From contig CAZHUM010000001.1 of the NCBI GenBank assembly GCA_964535805.1, positions 39,122-103,121 on the forward strand: a stretch of DNA of 64,000 bases, given 5' to 3'. This DNA comes from an uncultured Thermoplasmata archaeon. Its GTDB lineage: Archaea; Thermoplasmatota; Thermoplasmata; Halarchaeoplasmatales; Halarchaeoplasmataceae. This document shows positions 9,714 through 20,148 of the stretch, piece by piece. Each line of letters opens with the position of its first letter. Position 1 is the first letter of the stretch. The position numbers were made by a program, and so were the translations under genes. The notes beneath the pieces were generated by a model that was not told the DNA's origin, searched no databases, and saw nothing but the letters and a program-made list of their open reading frames with translations.

Positions 9714-9729
9714 ATCTATCATCTCCTTT

Positions 9730-10239
9730 TTAGGGCCCTATATGCATCTCGGGCCAGTATTGATCGAATTCTTCGAATTCGGCTATCCTCTCTCTCTCTG
9801 ATTCTAAGATATTGTAATGATTCTGCTCCATACCGGAAAGGTACTCCATGGTCCTAACGATCTCGTCGTCCTTCCCTTCCTCTTCTGCCTTCTCCGATAT
9901 CTGTTTGTAGAAATCCCTAGCAGCTATCTCTGCCTCCATGGCCTGCTGGATTATCTCGGAGTCTTTCATATCGTCATTGAACCTTATGAACGGCATGGGC
10001 ACAGGACTATTGTCTGGCACATCCAATTCTTTTCCTCCAAAGGAGCGTTCATGAATCATCCTAACAAATCGTTCGTGCTTTCCTTCTTCGGCAGCCAAGA
10101 ACTGAAACCGTTCTACCGTAACAAAATTCTCTGATCTTTCAGCTAGGTATTCGTATACCTCTCTGCTGTTGATCTCAGATTTAACAGCGGCGGCCAGTAA
10201 GTCATCGAAACCTATATCTTTTATATCCATTTTATTCAT
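9730..10239 (-). CDS. Ferritin-like diiron protein of the rubrerythrin family without a rubredoxin domain (erythrin-like, COG1633-type).
   Basis: Two ExxH-type helices (REVYEYLAE...EEGKHERFV and [10 protein letters not shown]...MEQNHYNIL). Confidence 0.55.
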   Translation of the reverse strand: MNKMDIKDIGFDDLLAAAVKSEINSREVYEYLAERSENFVTVERFQFLAAEEGKHERFVRMIHERSFGGKELDVPDNSPVPMPFIRFNDDMKDSEIIQQAMEAEIAARDFYKQISEKAEEEGKDDEIVRTMEYLSGMEQNHYNILESERERIAEFEEFDQYWPEMHIGP

Positions 10240-10383
10240 GCCTCCATTTTATTTTTGATGTTATTTCTTTACTTTTTCTGTTCACATACATGTGTATTAT
10301 TTCTTACATATTACGATTTATATAAACTTTATGTACGATATTCGCAAAAACTTTATTAATAAGCGCAGCATTTATACGATTAC

Positions 10384-10842
10384 ATGGTAAGACTCGACGA
10401 TACCGATAGGAAGATACTGACGATCCTCGAAAAAAATTCAAGATCACATTACACCGATATTGCTGAACGTTTAGGAGTAAGTGAGGCAACGGTGAGGAAC
10501 AGGATACACTGTTTGGAGAAGAACGATGTGATCAAAAAGTATACCATCGATTTCAATCCCAGAGAAATAGGTTTCAATATGGTATGCATTATCGGCCTAG
10601 ATGTAGAACCGAGATACCTTTTGGAGGCTGTTGATGAGATCCGGGATATCGAGGAAGTGAAATGGGCTGCCAAGTCTACCGGGGACCATATGGTTATGGC
10701 TGAGATATGGGCAGTCGATGCAGAAAAGCTCTCCAGGATAATCAGCGAGAAGATAGGTAAGATAGAAGGCGTCACCGACATGAGACCCGCTATATTGTTA
10801 GAGAAGAAGAATAAACAGCCAGTTGACATAAATATCGATTGA
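10384..10842 (+). CDS. lrp: Lrp/AsnC-family transcriptional regulator.
   Basis: An N-terminal HTH (DRKILTILEKNSRSHYTDIAERLGVSEATVRNRI) plus a C-terminal RAM domain. A TATA-like tttatataaa lies about 60 nt upstream. Confidence 0.85.
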   Translation: MVRLDDTDRKILTILEKNSRSHYTDIAERLGVSEATVRNRIHCLEKNDVIKKYTIDFNPREIGFNMVCIIGLDVEPRYLLEAVDEIRDIEEVKWAAKSTGDHMVMAEIWAVDAEKLSRIISEKIGKIEGVTDMRPAILLEKKNKQPVDINID

Positions 10843-10857
10843 TAACGTAGATCAAAT

Positions 10858-11568
10858 ATGAAGAAAAGTTTGATAGATATCGGATTCGATAAAAAGGTTA
10901 CTTTTGTATCCAGGGAAAATAGGTTTTTATGTAGTGTTAAAAACAGAAATGATGATATTTTAACCGTTCACGTTAGAGACCCCGGCAGGTTAAAGGAAAT
11001 ACTGTATCCAGGAAATATGGTTCTGATAAGAGAAGCGGAGAATCCCGATCGAAAGACTGATTGGGATCTGATAGCGGGTAAAGTGGATGACAACTGGATC
11101 TTGGTTAACTCTGGATTTCATCGAGAGATAACCGAAACAATCTTGGAGGACGAAGAACTGAATCCGATGGGCGACTACGATTTCTATCAAGCGGAAAAGA
11201 AACTCGGAGACAGCAGGATAGATTTTTTGTTGAACAAGGGGGAGAAAAAAACCTGGGTTGAAGTAAAGGGCTGCACTTTGACAAAGAATAAAATCGCACT
11301 GTTTCCAGACGCACCCACCAAGAGAGGAACGAGGCATGTTAGGGAGCTTATGGAGGCTGTTGGGCGAGGGGATTCGGCGGCATTGATCGTCCTGGTTTTC
11401 AGACCGGATGCGGAATGTTTCGCACCCAATGAAGACACGGACCCGGATTTTGCCGGTGTTTTTAGAGAGGCTGTCGAGAGTGGGGTCTCGGTCCGCCCAC
11501 TGCTCCTCCAATACGAAGGGGGTACACTGTTCTTCAAAAAAGAGATCCCGGTGTGCACGGATCCATAG
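10858..11568 (+). CDS. sfsA: SfsA-family protein (sugar fermentation stimulation / nuclease-related DNA-binding).
   Basis: Full-length collinear similarity to SfsA (FVSRENRFLCSV...NKIALFPDAPTKRGTRHVRELME). Confidence 0.75.
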   Translation: MKKSLIDIGFDKKVTFVSRENRFLCSVKNRNDDILTVHVRDPGRLKEILYPGNMVLIREAENPDRKTDWDLIAGKVDDNWILVNSGFHREITETILEDEELNPMGDYDFYQAEKKLGDSRIDFLLNKGEKKTWVEVKGCTLTKNKIALFPDAPTKRGTRHVRELMEAVGRGDSAALIVLVFRPDAECFAPNEDTDPDFAGVFREAVESGVSVRPLLLQYEGGTLFFKKEIPVCTDP

Positions 11569-11610
11569 AACCTTTTAAAAACTGATAACATATTATGTAG
11601 AGCAGATAAC

Positions 11611-12348
11611 ATGACAGTAACAGACATCAATATTCTCACGCCCAGGAAGATGAAAGAGGGTGATGGAGCCGAGATTCTCCGTTTGTTCCCAGGTCCTGAC
11701 ATAGAGCACTTCGATCCGTTCGTGCTGCTGGACGAGTTCTTCGTTGAACCCGGAGCGGGATTCCCTATGCATAAACACGCTGGATTCGAAGCTATCACGT
11801 ACATGATCGAAGGCGGATTCAAACACCGAGACAACATGGGGAACGATTCCTGGGTTGATCCAGGAGGAATACAGAAATTCAATGCGGGGAAGGGTATAGA
11901 GCACGAGGAGATGCCGGTGGGTGAATCTGGAAGCCGCGGTTTTCAACTGTGGGTTAATCTGCCCATGGAGTATAAGGACTCTGAACCTGGTTATCAGAAG
12001 GTGAAATCAGAAGAAGTGCCCGAGTGGAATGATGAAGGTATAAAGGTAAGAACTGTAGTGGGCGAGGGTTCACCAATCGGGATGTACGCGGACATGCTTT
12101 TCTTGGACATCCGTCTAGAAGAGGGTGCGGAATACGATATGAATATACCGAGTCACTTCCACGGGATACTGTACATCTATGAAGGAAGCATGAAGGTCAA
12201 CGGGAAGGTTCTAGACTCGCACCACGCCATGTTCGTCAAAGACAAGAGCGAATTCAAAATGATAACTGATGAAGACACGAAATTCATCGTCATAGCTGGA
12301 GAGCCGCTGGGTGAATCGATCAATATCAGAGGTTCGATAGTGGAGTGA
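11611..12348 (+). CDS. Pirin-family cupin protein.
   Basis: Pirin N-domain metal site PMHKHAGFEAITYMIEGG...H...E plus a C-terminal cupin. Confidence 0.8.
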   Translation: MTVTDINILTPRKMKEGDGAEILRLFPGPDIEHFDPFVLLDEFFVEPGAGFPMHKHAGFEAITYMIEGGFKHRDNMGNDSWVDPGGIQKFNAGKGIEHEEMPVGESGSRGFQLWVNLPMEYKDSEPGYQKVKSEEVPEWNDEGIKVRTVVGEGSPIGMYADMLFLDIRLEEGAEYDMNIPSHFHGILYIYEGSMKVNGKVLDSHHAMFVKDKSEFKMITDEDTKFIVIAGEPLGESINIRGSIVE

Positions 12349-12367
12349 ATTCAAAAGAGTGTGTAAC

Positions 12368-13201
12368 ATGTCGGGTATAACTTTCTTCAAGACTGGCGAC
12401 TTGGAACGGATCAAGGACTTCTACATCAACGAGGTCGGGATGACCACCTGGGTAGACCAGGGGTCTTGCATCATCCTTAAACACGGCAACATGCTTCTCG
12501 GTTTTTGCGAAGGAGATGATACTGAGACCGAGGGTGTGGTCACATTTTTCTATGACGGTAAAGAGCAAGTAGATGGAATGTACGAAAAATTTAAAGATAG
12601 AGCTAGAGGGGAGCCGAAAGAGAATCCACCGTACAATATATACAATTTCTTCGCGGAAGATCCGGATGAAAGGACCATAGAATTCCAAACCTTCCTGCAC
12701 GATCTAGAGCCCTATCTAGATGGAAAGGAACTGCTTCTCAGCAGACGGTCGGTAAGGGATTACAAGGAAAAAGAAATCGAAGAAGACATACTCCGGAAAC
12801 TTTTCGAGCTCTGTAGGTGGGCCCCCACATCCAAGAACTCAGAGTCTTATTACTTTGTTCCGATCCACGACCGTGGTGTGATTGAAAAGTTAGGGGTAAT
12901 AAGGGGCACAAGCAGTCAGCCGATATCCAATGCACCCATGGCGTTGGCGATCTGCTCTGACCCTGGGAAAACTAAACGAAAAAAACAGGACGGCTGCATC
13001 GCTGCCTATCATTTCATGTTGGCCGCTAAGCTGTTCGGTCTCGGCACCTGCTGGATCGCCGATATGGACAGGGATGAAGTCAAGGATTTGATCGACGTCC
13101 CTAAAGAGCACTACGTAGCGACGGTCACACCTCTGGGTTATCCCGAAAATATCCTAGATGCACCGGAAAGACACTCCGCAGAGGATTATGTGGACAAGTA
13201 G
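12368..13201 (+). CDS. Fusion of a glyoxalase/VOC domain (N-terminal, about 115 aa) with a nitroreductase domain (C-terminal).
   Basis: The N-terminus has a VOC beta-alpha-beta-beta-beta pattern. The C-terminus has a nitroreductase signature (RRSVRDYKEKEI..., CIAAYHFMLAAKLFGLGTCWI). An alternative GTG start lies at 12359. Confidence 0.6.
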   Translation: MSGITFFKTGDLERIKDFYINEVGMTTWVDQGSCIILKHGNMLLGFCEGDDTETEGVVTFFYDGKEQVDGMYEKFKDRARGEPKENPPYNIYNFFAEDPDERTIEFQTFLHDLEPYLDGKELLLSRRSVRDYKEKEIEEDILRKLFELCRWAPTSKNSESYYFVPIHDRGVIEKLGVIRGTSSQPISNAPMALAICSDPGKTKRKKQDGCIAAYHFMLAAKLFGLGTCWIADMDRDEVKDLIDVPKEHYVATVTPLGYPENILDAPERHSAEDYVDK

Positions 13202-13213
13202 GTCGGGTAAAAG

Positions 13214-13879
13214 TTATTTAAATACCTCGCCGGCCTCCATGTACCATAGAACCAAATCGAGGTGGCCCGGTGGGATGCCGACCTCGTGGGAAAATTCTCT
13301 CATCCTTTCTTCGATATCTAGATATCTTTTTACCGTCAAAGAATTCGGGATATCGTCGATCACACCGAGTCTTTTCAGATTCTTCAGTATGTGTCTGTCC
13401 AGTATGGCAAGGTCATCTCCCTTTCCTATATTCCTTAAAAAGTGGCTCGCCTCTTTGTACCCCAACCCCTTAACGTTCTTCACCAGCCATCTCCGCGCCT
13501 TTTTTTGATCTTCAAAATCTTCCAATATATCTCTCAAAACGCACCCGTCTTTGCCCATGAATTTATCTCTAGCCTCGACCAGATAACCAGCCTTGTTGTT
13601 CCGAAACCTTACCCTCCTGATCATCTCGGAAAGCTCATCTTCTTCAGCATGTAACAGAGCCTCTTTCTGCTTCAACTCCCTTACAGTCGCCCAGCAAACT
13701 TGTGCCTTGGACTGAGGTGTGAACAGGCAAAAAACGAGTTCTTCGAACAGTCTAGACCCTTCTCCACATTCCCATATCTTATTGAATTCTCTTATCCTTT
13801 CACGTACCACTGGTTCGATCTTTTCGTAGATTCTCTTCAACTCTTCGATAGTGAGTTCTTTATCGTCGATCTTGATCAC
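13214..13879 (-). CDS. ogg: 8-oxoguanine DNA glycosylase / AP lyase, archaeal Ogg2-type (HhH-GPD).
   Basis: HhH-GPD region [21 protein letters not shown]...DLAILDRH with the conserved Lys/Asp. The size of about 220 aa is typical of Ogg2. Confidence 0.6.
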   Translation of the reverse strand: MIKIDDKELTIEELKRIYEKIEPVVRERIREFNKIWECGEGSRLFEELVFCLFTPQSKAQVCWATVRELKQKEALLHAEEDELSEMIRRVRFRNNKAGYLVEARDKFMGKDGCVLRDILEDFEDQKKARRWLVKNVKGLGYKEASHFLRNIGKGDDLAILDRHILKNLKRLGVIDDIPNSLTVKRYLDIEERMREFSHEVGIPPGHLDLVLWYMEAGEVFK

Positions 13880-15929
13880 CCTTTATACTATTCTTGAATT
13901 GTTCTATGCCGGTCAAGGGTCTTCCGCAGGTAAACTCCGTGCACATATACGCAGTGGTTTTTTCGTCGATCTTGTTCATCTCCTCTGCATAGGGGACTAT
14001 TTCGGAGATATATTCTGAGTTTTTTAGCAACAATACGGCAGATGGTAAAAAGTGGTTCCTGACCACATCCAGCATCTCAGATGTTTGTTTGTCGTCCATA
14101 TCACCAACTATCACTATCTCAGAACCAGGATGTATCGTTGTAAACAAAGCGGAGAGGAACATCGTATGCTGAGACGGGATCCTCACAACATTCCTGGAGA
14201 ATGCAGAGCTCAGCTTTTGAGCGTATTCGTCGAAATCGGTTTCACCGGTCAACTGTGATAGCTGATTGAGGATGAGAAGGGCGATAGAGTTGCCGGATGG
14301 GAGCGCACCGTCGGAAACTTCCTTAGTTCGATAAGGCAGCTCGTGGGACCTCTCGGATGTGAAAAAAAATCCTCCGTTTTTATCATCCCAGAAGAGGTTT
14401 AGCATGGTGTGGGTCAATTCCACCGCTTTTCTAAGATAGCGGATGTCAAAGTCTGCCTGGTAGAGTTCGAGCAGCCCCCAGATGAAGAAAGAATAATCCT
14501 CTAGGTTCCCCTCGACTTTTGATTCTCCTGCTATGTAAGAGTGAAGAAGAACGTCTCCGTCTAAGAGTTCCTGCATGATAAAATCGGATGCTCTTTTCGC
14601 CCTTTCCAGCATCTCTTCATCATTGAAAACGAATGCGGCCCTGGAAAGTGCGGTTATCATAAGACCATTCCAATTCGTTAGTACTTTTTCGTCCACTTCC
14701 GGAGCGGGTCGTTTCTCCCTTGCATTAAGAAGTTTAGTTCTCATTTCTTCGTACTCTTGGACCCTTAAACCGTGCTTATCTAGAACATTATCCAGGTGGT
14801 TCTTCAGATAGAAAACATTCTTGCCCGTTCTCTTACCTGTTGCCTCATCTTCGAAATTGCCCTTTTTTTCCGTGTTGAACATTTTTTTGATAAGTTCTGC
14901 TTTTCCCCCTAATATGTCATCCAACTCCGATTCGCTCCATATGTAATAAGCACCTTCTCCTTCCGGAGTATCGGCGTCCTGGGCGGAGTAAAATGCACCA
15001 TCTGGAGATGTCAATTCTCTGTCCACGTACTCAGCTATCTCATACACAGTTCTTTTGAACAAAACTTCACCGGCAGCTTGGTATCCTTCTGTGTAGGCTA
15101 GCAGCAGCATAGCTTGGTCGTAGAGCATCTTCTCGAAGTGCGGTAGTTTCCATCTCCTGTCGGTGGAGTAGCGGTGAAAACCATAGCCGATGTGATCGTA
15201 AACGCCCCCTCGCCTCATCTTCGATAGTGTGTTCTTGACCATCTCTAGAGCGTACGCGTCGTCGTTCTCTTTCCAATATCTCAAAAGAAATAGAATATTA
15301 TGGGTCAACGGAAATTTAGGGGAATCTCCGAATCCACCGTTCCTTTCATCGTACCTGTGTTCCACTTCTCTGAATCCCTGGTCGAAAACGTTATCCGTCA
15401 GTTGAACCCGAGACTTTGAACCGGCCTTCTCCATTGAAGTCAATATTCGTTGTCCGTCTTCCTCCAATTCCCGTCTTTTGTTATCCCACATCTGCTTTAT
15501 TCTAGGGATTATCTGCAGCATGCCTGATCTACCGTACCTTGTCCTTTTAGGTATATATGTTGCCGCGAAGAATGGTACCTTTTCAGGTGTCATTATGATA
15601 GTAAGCGGCCAGCCACCGCTTCCCGTCATCGCTACGGCCACTTTCATGTAGAATGAATCCACCTCGGGTCTTTCCTCTCTATCGACTTTGATATTGACGA
15701 AAGTGTCGTTCATGAGTTCCGCCACTCCCTCGTCGGTGAAGGATTCGTGTGCCATGACATGACACCAGTGGCATGATGAATATCCTATCGACAGGAATAT
15801 AGGTTTGTCCTCTTCCTTCGCTTTCTTAAAAGCTTCATCGCACCAAGGATACCAATCGACTGGATTATCGCTGTGCTGCTTGAGGTATCTGCTCCCCTCA
15901 CCGGCCAAGTGGTTTTTATCGGAATTCAT
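13860..15929 (-). CDS. Thioredoxin-domain protein of the DUF255/YyaL (SSP411) family with a C-terminal (alpha/alpha)6 toroid.
   Basis: The N-terminus DNPVDWYPW...[18 protein letters not shown] is the hallmark of this family. Length is 689 aa. Confidence 0.8.
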   Translation of the reverse strand: MNSDKNHLAGEGSRYLKQHSDNPVDWYPWCDEAFKKAKEEDKPIFLSIGYSSCHWCHVMAHESFTDEGVAELMNDTFVNIKVDREERPEVDSFYMKVAVAMTGSGGWPLTIIMTPEKVPFFAATYIPKRTRYGRSGMLQIIPRIKQMWDNKRRELEEDGQRILTSMEKAGSKSRVQLTDNVFDQGFREVEHRYDERNGGFGDSPKFPLTHNILFLLRYWKENDDAYALEMVKNTLSKMRRGGVYDHIGYGFHRYSTDRRWKLPHFEKMLYDQAMLLLAYTEGYQAAGEVLFKRTVYEIAEYVDRELTSPDGAFYSAQDADTPEGEGAYYIWSESELDDILGGKAELIKKMFNTEKKGNFEDEATGKRTGKNVFYLKNHLDNVLDKHGLRVQEYEEMRTKLLNAREKRPAPEVDEKVLTNWNGLMITALSRAAFVFNDEEMLERAKRASDFIMQELLDGDVLLHSYIAGESKVEGNLEDYSFFIWGLLELYQADFDIRYLRKAVELTHTMLNLFWDDKNGGFFFTSERSHELPYRTKEVSDGALPSGNSIALLILNQLSQLTGETDFDEYAQKLSSAFSRNVVRIPSQHTMFLSALFTTIHPGSEIVIVGDMDDKQTSEMLDVVRNHFLPSAVLLLKNSEYISEIVPYAEEMNKIDEKTTAYMCTEFTCGRPLTGIEQFKNSIKGDQDRR

Positions 15930-16384
15930 GAAGATTCATCTCCTACGATCTCGGCGATACTTTCCAGCAGTTCGATGTCGTCCTGGGTGAACGGCCCCTT
16001 TTCATCGGAATCTATGTCAAGCACTCCGATCACGTTTCCGTTCGAGATCACTGGTACCACTATCTCAGATCTTACAGATAAACTGCATGCTAAGTAATTA
16101 CTCTCTTCGGAGACGTCCTGGACCACCAAGGTTTTCTTTTCTTCAGCGGACCTTCCGCATACACCTCTTCCAAAAGATATGTTCGTGTGTTCGGTGTCAT
16201 CTCCCGTGAAAGGACCCAGCACCAGCTCACCGGGTTCATCCACGAGGTAAAACCCCACCCACCCGTAGTGGTCGATTTTACCGTGCAAAAGATTGCATAC
16301 GGACCGCATAAATCCTTCTGGATCGTTTTTTCCATCGGTCATATCTCGGACACCATCCAGAACTTCCTGAAATTCTTCTTTCAT
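15926..16384 (-). CDS. GAF-domain protein, free methionine-(R)-sulfoxide reductase-like.
   Basis: GAF fold with the conserved Cys triad region (VCGRSA...[16 protein letters not shown]). Confidence 0.6.
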   Translation of the reverse strand: MKEEFQEVLDGVRDMTDGKNDPEGFMRSVCNLLHGKIDHYGWVGFYLVDEPGELVLGPFTGDDTEHTNISFGRGVCGRSAEEKKTLVVQDVSEESNYLACSLSVRSEIVVPVISNGNVIGVLDIDSDEKGPFTQDDIELLESIAEIVGDESS

Positions 16385-16388
16385 CCTA

Positions 16389-16751
16389 TCACCCGTCTTC
16401 CTTATTCATCTCATCCCATAGGTTGAAGGCCTTCCTCAGATGAGGTATGGTTATGGATCCACCTACCAAGAGTGCAACTGACAGCGCTTCCGTCAACTCT
16501 TCATCGCTCACACCCTCTTCCTTACAACGTATGAGGTGATACTGGATGCAGTCGTCGCACTTCAGTACGGTCGATGCTGTTAGACCAAGCATCTCTTTGG
16601 TCTTTGCAGGAAGGGCACCGTCCTCGTAGACCTTGGTGTCCAAGTTGAAGAACCTTTTCATGTTGATATCTGCGTTTTCCAGAATGATATCGTTCAATCG
16701 TTCACGCTCTTCCCTGAACTCTTCTGCGGTTCTATAACTTTCTTCGCTCAT
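16389..16751 (-). CDS. Carboxymuconolactone decarboxylase / AhpD-like peroxidase-family protein.
   Basis: CxxxH motif in LKCDDCIQYHL. Size is about 120 aa. Confidence 0.7.
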   Translation of the reverse strand: MSEESYRTAEEFREERERLNDIILENADINMKRFFNLDTKVYEDGALPAKTKEMLGLTASTVLKCDDCIQYHLIRCKEEGVSDEELTEALSVALLVGGSITIPHLRKAFNLWDEMNKEDG

Positions 16752-16856
16752 GAAATGAGGAACGTTAGTAGGATGTAAAAATATTGTGGGTTCTTACAAA
16801 GCAAACATTTATATCTAACTTTACACAATGGTTGTGCATAATAAATACAAAATTAC

Positions 16857-17282
16857 TTGGATGTGATCCCCGTGGAAGGAAACAGCGAGCTGGAAGAGAT
16901 CAAAAGGAAGAAATTGAAAGAGATGATGAGCAAGAATAAGGAGGATAAAACACAGAGCTATCCAGAGAAGCCCATAGAGGTTACTGACGATGATTTTCAA
17001 AAGGTGATAAACGATTATCCGTTGGTCCTGGTCGATTTCTGGGCTCCGTGGTGCGGTCCGTGTAAGATGGTGGGACCACTAATAGAACAGTTAGCTAAAG
17101 AGTACAAAGGACAGATCGTCTTCACCAAATTGAACATAGATAACAACCAAAGAACCGCAGCTCAGTTCGGTGTATCCAGCATACCGACCATGATGATCTT
17201 CAAGAACGGTGAGGCAGTGGAGAGGATCATTGGCGCCCTCCCAAAGCCACAGATAGAGCAGAAGATAAAACAGCACCTGTAA
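16857..17282 (+). CDS. trx: Thioredoxin.
   Basis: FWAPWCGPCKM active site. A TTG start gives an N-terminal extension of about 30 aa, and alternative ATG codons lie near 16923. Confidence 0.85.
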   Translation: MDVIPVEGNSELEEIKRKKLKEMMSKNKEDKTQSYPEKPIEVTDDDFQKVINDYPLVLVDFWAPWCGPCKMVGPLIEQLAKEYKGQIVFTKLNIDNNQRTAAQFGVSSIPTMMIFKNGEAVERIIGALPKPQIEQKIKQHL

Positions 17283-17283
17283 G

Positions 17284-17325
17284 GCTTGTAGATGTGCTCG
17301 CAAGAACAAGCCTCTGGTCATTTTA
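17284..17325 (+). terminator. Putative hairpin plus T-tract immediately after the trx stop codon.
   Basis: ggcttgt...(15 nt)...acaagcc forms a 7-bp stem, followed by ctggtcatttta. Confidence 0.25.
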
Positions 17326-17375
17326 TAAACACCCATTAAACTTTAATAACATCCACCTTTGGATTAGAGACGTTC

Positions 17376-18305
17376 ATGTCCATAGTAGTGGAAAACCTGG
17401 AGAAAAACTTTGACGGTACGCGTGCGCTGAAAGGCATCTCATTCGAGGTCCAACAAGGCGAAATATTCGGACTTCTAGGTCCGAACGGTGCCGGTAAGAC
17501 CACCACGGTCAAGATACTCTCCACCATGCTGCTTCCCGATGGGGGGAACGCATCGGTAGGTGGATACGACGTGGTTAAAAACCCCAAGGCGGTAAGGAAC
17601 ATGGTGGACATAATAACCGCGAGGGACAAATTTTACCGAAGGTTGGACGGTTATCAGAACATCAACTTCTTCTCCAGCTTGTACCAAGTGAGCGATTGGA
17701 AGGAAAAGATGGAATACTATGGAAAAAGACTCGGTTTGAAAGAAGAAGACTTCGAAAAGAAACTCGGAGATTACTCGACCGGGATGAGGCAGAAGTTGAA
17801 TCTCATAAGGAACCTGATCAGAGAGACACCTATACTGTTCCTGGACGAGCCAACTCTAGGATTAGATCCAGCATCCAGCAAGAAGTTCAGGACACTGCTC
17901 AAGGAGATCATGGAGAAGGAAAAGAAGACCGTGATATTCACCAGCCACAACATGTATGAGGTGGAAGAGCTCTGCGAGCGCATCGCTATATTGAAGGAAG
18001 GGGGTATAACCAGCATCGGAGAGCCAAAAGCACTCAAGGACAGGATCTTCCCGAAGAGGATGATAGAGTTCGCCTACGCTGGTGATAGGAAATTCAACAT
18101 AGAAGATCCGTGCATAGATAAAGTCGAGATAAAGGAGGGTATGTACCAGGTCTACCTGGAGGGCGGAGAACACATACACGATATCATCGAGAAGATAATC
18201 AAAAGCGGTAGGGTGTCCAAGTTATCCGTTAAGGAACCCACCTTGGAGGAAGCGTTCATAAAGCATACAGAAGAGGGAGAAGTAAAGAAGGGGGTGTGGA
18301 AGTGA
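17376..18305 (+). CDS. ABC transporter ATP-binding protein (ABC-2 subfamily).
   Basis: Walker A GPNGAGKTT, Walker B ILFLDEPT and H-loop TSHN. The signature motif is degenerate (YSTGMRQKL). Confidence 0.85.
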   Translation: MSIVVENLEKNFDGTRALKGISFEVQQGEIFGLLGPNGAGKTTTVKILSTMLLPDGGNASVGGYDVVKNPKAVRNMVDIITARDKFYRRLDGYQNINFFSSLYQVSDWKEKMEYYGKRLGLKEEDFEKKLGDYSTGMRQKLNLIRNLIRETPILFLDEPTLGLDPASSKKFRTLLKEIMEKEKKTVIFTSHNMYEVEELCERIAILKEGGITSIGEPKALKDRIFPKRMIEFAYAGDRKFNIEDPCIDKVEIKEGMYQVYLEGGEHIHDIIEKIIKSGRVSKLSVKEPTLEEAFIKHTEEGEVKKGVWK

Positions 18306-19105
18306 AATTCGCGATCAAAAAATATCTCACTATAATATGGGCTTTCTTGGTCAGGGATTGGCAGAGGCGCTGGTCGTACAAGCTCAACTTCATCGCTATG
18401 CTGCTGTACCCGATCATATGGGTCAGTGTTTTCGCTGTACTGGGTAAAACGGTTGACGACGCAGGTGCTATGAACGTGGCCGGAGGTTTCTCGACATACA
18501 TAGTAACGGGTATAATCACATGGAGGTTTATACGGGTGGGTTTCTTCGACTCGTCGTGGAGCATAAGGTGGGAGCAGCACATCGGGACGTTCAAGAACAT
18601 CTACATGATACCACACCACCTTCTAGTCCCCGTATCTGCTACGGCGATTTCCGGGTTCACCGTATCATTGGTCAACTTCGTGGAGATGTGGCTTGTGGCC
18701 GAGTTTGTCTTCGGGATTCACCTCAATCTAACTGTGGCTTCATTCCTGTTCTTAGTCCTAGCTTGGATGTCGATAATCGGGTTCGGATTCGCCATAGCCG
18801 GTATAGCGGTGCTCTACAAGGAGATACAGGCAGTTTTCACAGTGATCTTCTTCTCGTTCCAATTCTTCTGCGGCGTGTTCTTTCCGATCTCCGTGCTGCC
18901 CAAGGGAGCTCAGTACGTCAGTAGGGCGATACCGATCACTTCTGCATTACACGGGATAAGAACCAGTATGAGCCAGGGTTATATACCCGTGAATGATGTG
19001 CTTATAATGTCGATATCGGGATTGGTGGGGATCGTCATAGGACTGGTTACTCTGCACCTCTGCCTGAAGAAGGCACTCAAAGAGGGTAAGCTGGAGAGGT
19101 ACTGA
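18296..19105 (+). CDS. ABC-2 type transporter permease (6 TM).
   Basis: Multi-TM protein that overlaps the ATPase stop, which suggests an operon. Confidence 0.7.
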   Translation: MEVKFAIKKYLTIIWAFLVRDWQRRWSYKLNFIAMLLYPIIWVSVFAVLGKTVDDAGAMNVAGGFSTYIVTGIITWRFIRVGFFDSSWSIRWEQHIGTFKNIYMIPHHLLVPVSATAISGFTVSLVNFVEMWLVAEFVFGIHLNLTVASFLFLVLAWMSIIGFGFAIAGIAVLYKEIQAVFTVIFFSFQFFCGVFFPISVLPKGAQYVSRAIPITSALHGIRTSMSQGYIPVNDVLIMSISGLVGIVIGLVTLHLCLKKALKEGKLERY

Positions 19106-19178
19106 TTGTGTTTTTATTCAGAATAGTATGATCAGCGTTTAAATAACTACACTAAACATAAAACTATATATACTGTAT

Positions 19179-20087
19179 ATGATTAGTATTAAATCAATGC
19201 TACAGACCATATTAGAACCCCTTAGATCGGAACTCCTCGAAAGAACATCACTATATTCCCTGCCTAAATCCGTGTGGAAACGCAGTGCTGCACTGAACAC
19301 CTGGGGGACAAATGCCATCGAAGGAAGCACGATCGGATGGAAGGACGCCGAGAAGATATTGTTCGAGGGAAAATCACCGAACAACAAGCCGATGAAGGAC
19401 GTGAGAGTTACGGTCCAACATGAAGAAGCTTTCAGAGAGCTTGTAGAATATAAAGAGATATCCATGGAATTGGTCCTTGAACTGCATGAGAAGGTATTCT
19501 ACGGTGTTCTGGAAGATGCAGGCAGGTGGAGAAGGGTCAACGTCCGTATCCGTGGAGCTGAATTTTCACCGCCGAGGATGGAGAAGGTGAGAAGCGAGAT
19601 CGAAAATTGGGTGGATGAGTACAAGAAGAGAGATATCAGGGGAGATGATACTTTCTCACTGGGTGCATGGATGCACTACGAGTTCGAGAGGATACACCCA
19701 TTGAGTGATGGCAACGGTCGGATCGGAAGGTTACTTTTAAACCTACATTTTTTGAAAAGAAATTGGCCTCCGATACACGTACTCCCCAAACATCGTGATG
19801 AGTACATAGATTCGCTGAACGAATATGCCGGCGGGAACAGAGAACCTTTAGTAAGTTTCCTCCTGGAGAGGATGGGGGGCAGCTTGTTAGATCTGCTTGA
19901 TCAGTTAGGAACTGCAGAGGACGAGCTCATTTCTCTCAAAAAAGCTTCTAAGATATCTCCCTACGATGAAAAATATCTAGCCCTAAGATGTAAACAGGGA
20001 GAAATTCCAGCACTAAAGGAGGGGAGGGAATGGAGGACAAGTAAAAGAACCATAGAACTATACCGGGAGGAGGTGGGTAGGAAATGA
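19179..20087 (+). CDS. Fic/Doc-family protein (AMPylase-type) with a C-terminal excisionase-like HTH.
   Basis: Canonical Fic motif HPLSDGNGRIGR (HxFx(D/E)GNGRxxR). The C-terminus (ISLKKASKISPYDEKYLALRCKQGEIPALKEGREWR) resembles an HTH_17 DNA-binding domain. Confidence 0.75.
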   Translation: MISIKSMLQTILEPLRSELLERTSLYSLPKSVWKRSAALNTWGTNAIEGSTIGWKDAEKILFEGKSPNNKPMKDVRVTVQHEEAFRELVEYKEISMELVLELHEKVFYGVLEDAGRWRRVNVRIRGAEFSPPRMEKVRSEIENWVDEYKKRDIRGDDTFSLGAWMHYEFERIHPLSDGNGRIGRLLLNLHFLKRNWPPIHVLPKHRDEYIDSLNEYAGGNREPLVSFLLERMGGSLLDLLDQLGTAEDELISLKKASKISPYDEKYLALRCKQGEIPALKEGREWRTSKRTIELYREEVGRK

Positions 20088-20148
20088 TCGTTTATCTGTT
20101 GTTCACAGACCCGAAAAGCTTTTAACAATAATCACTATTATACTAATT

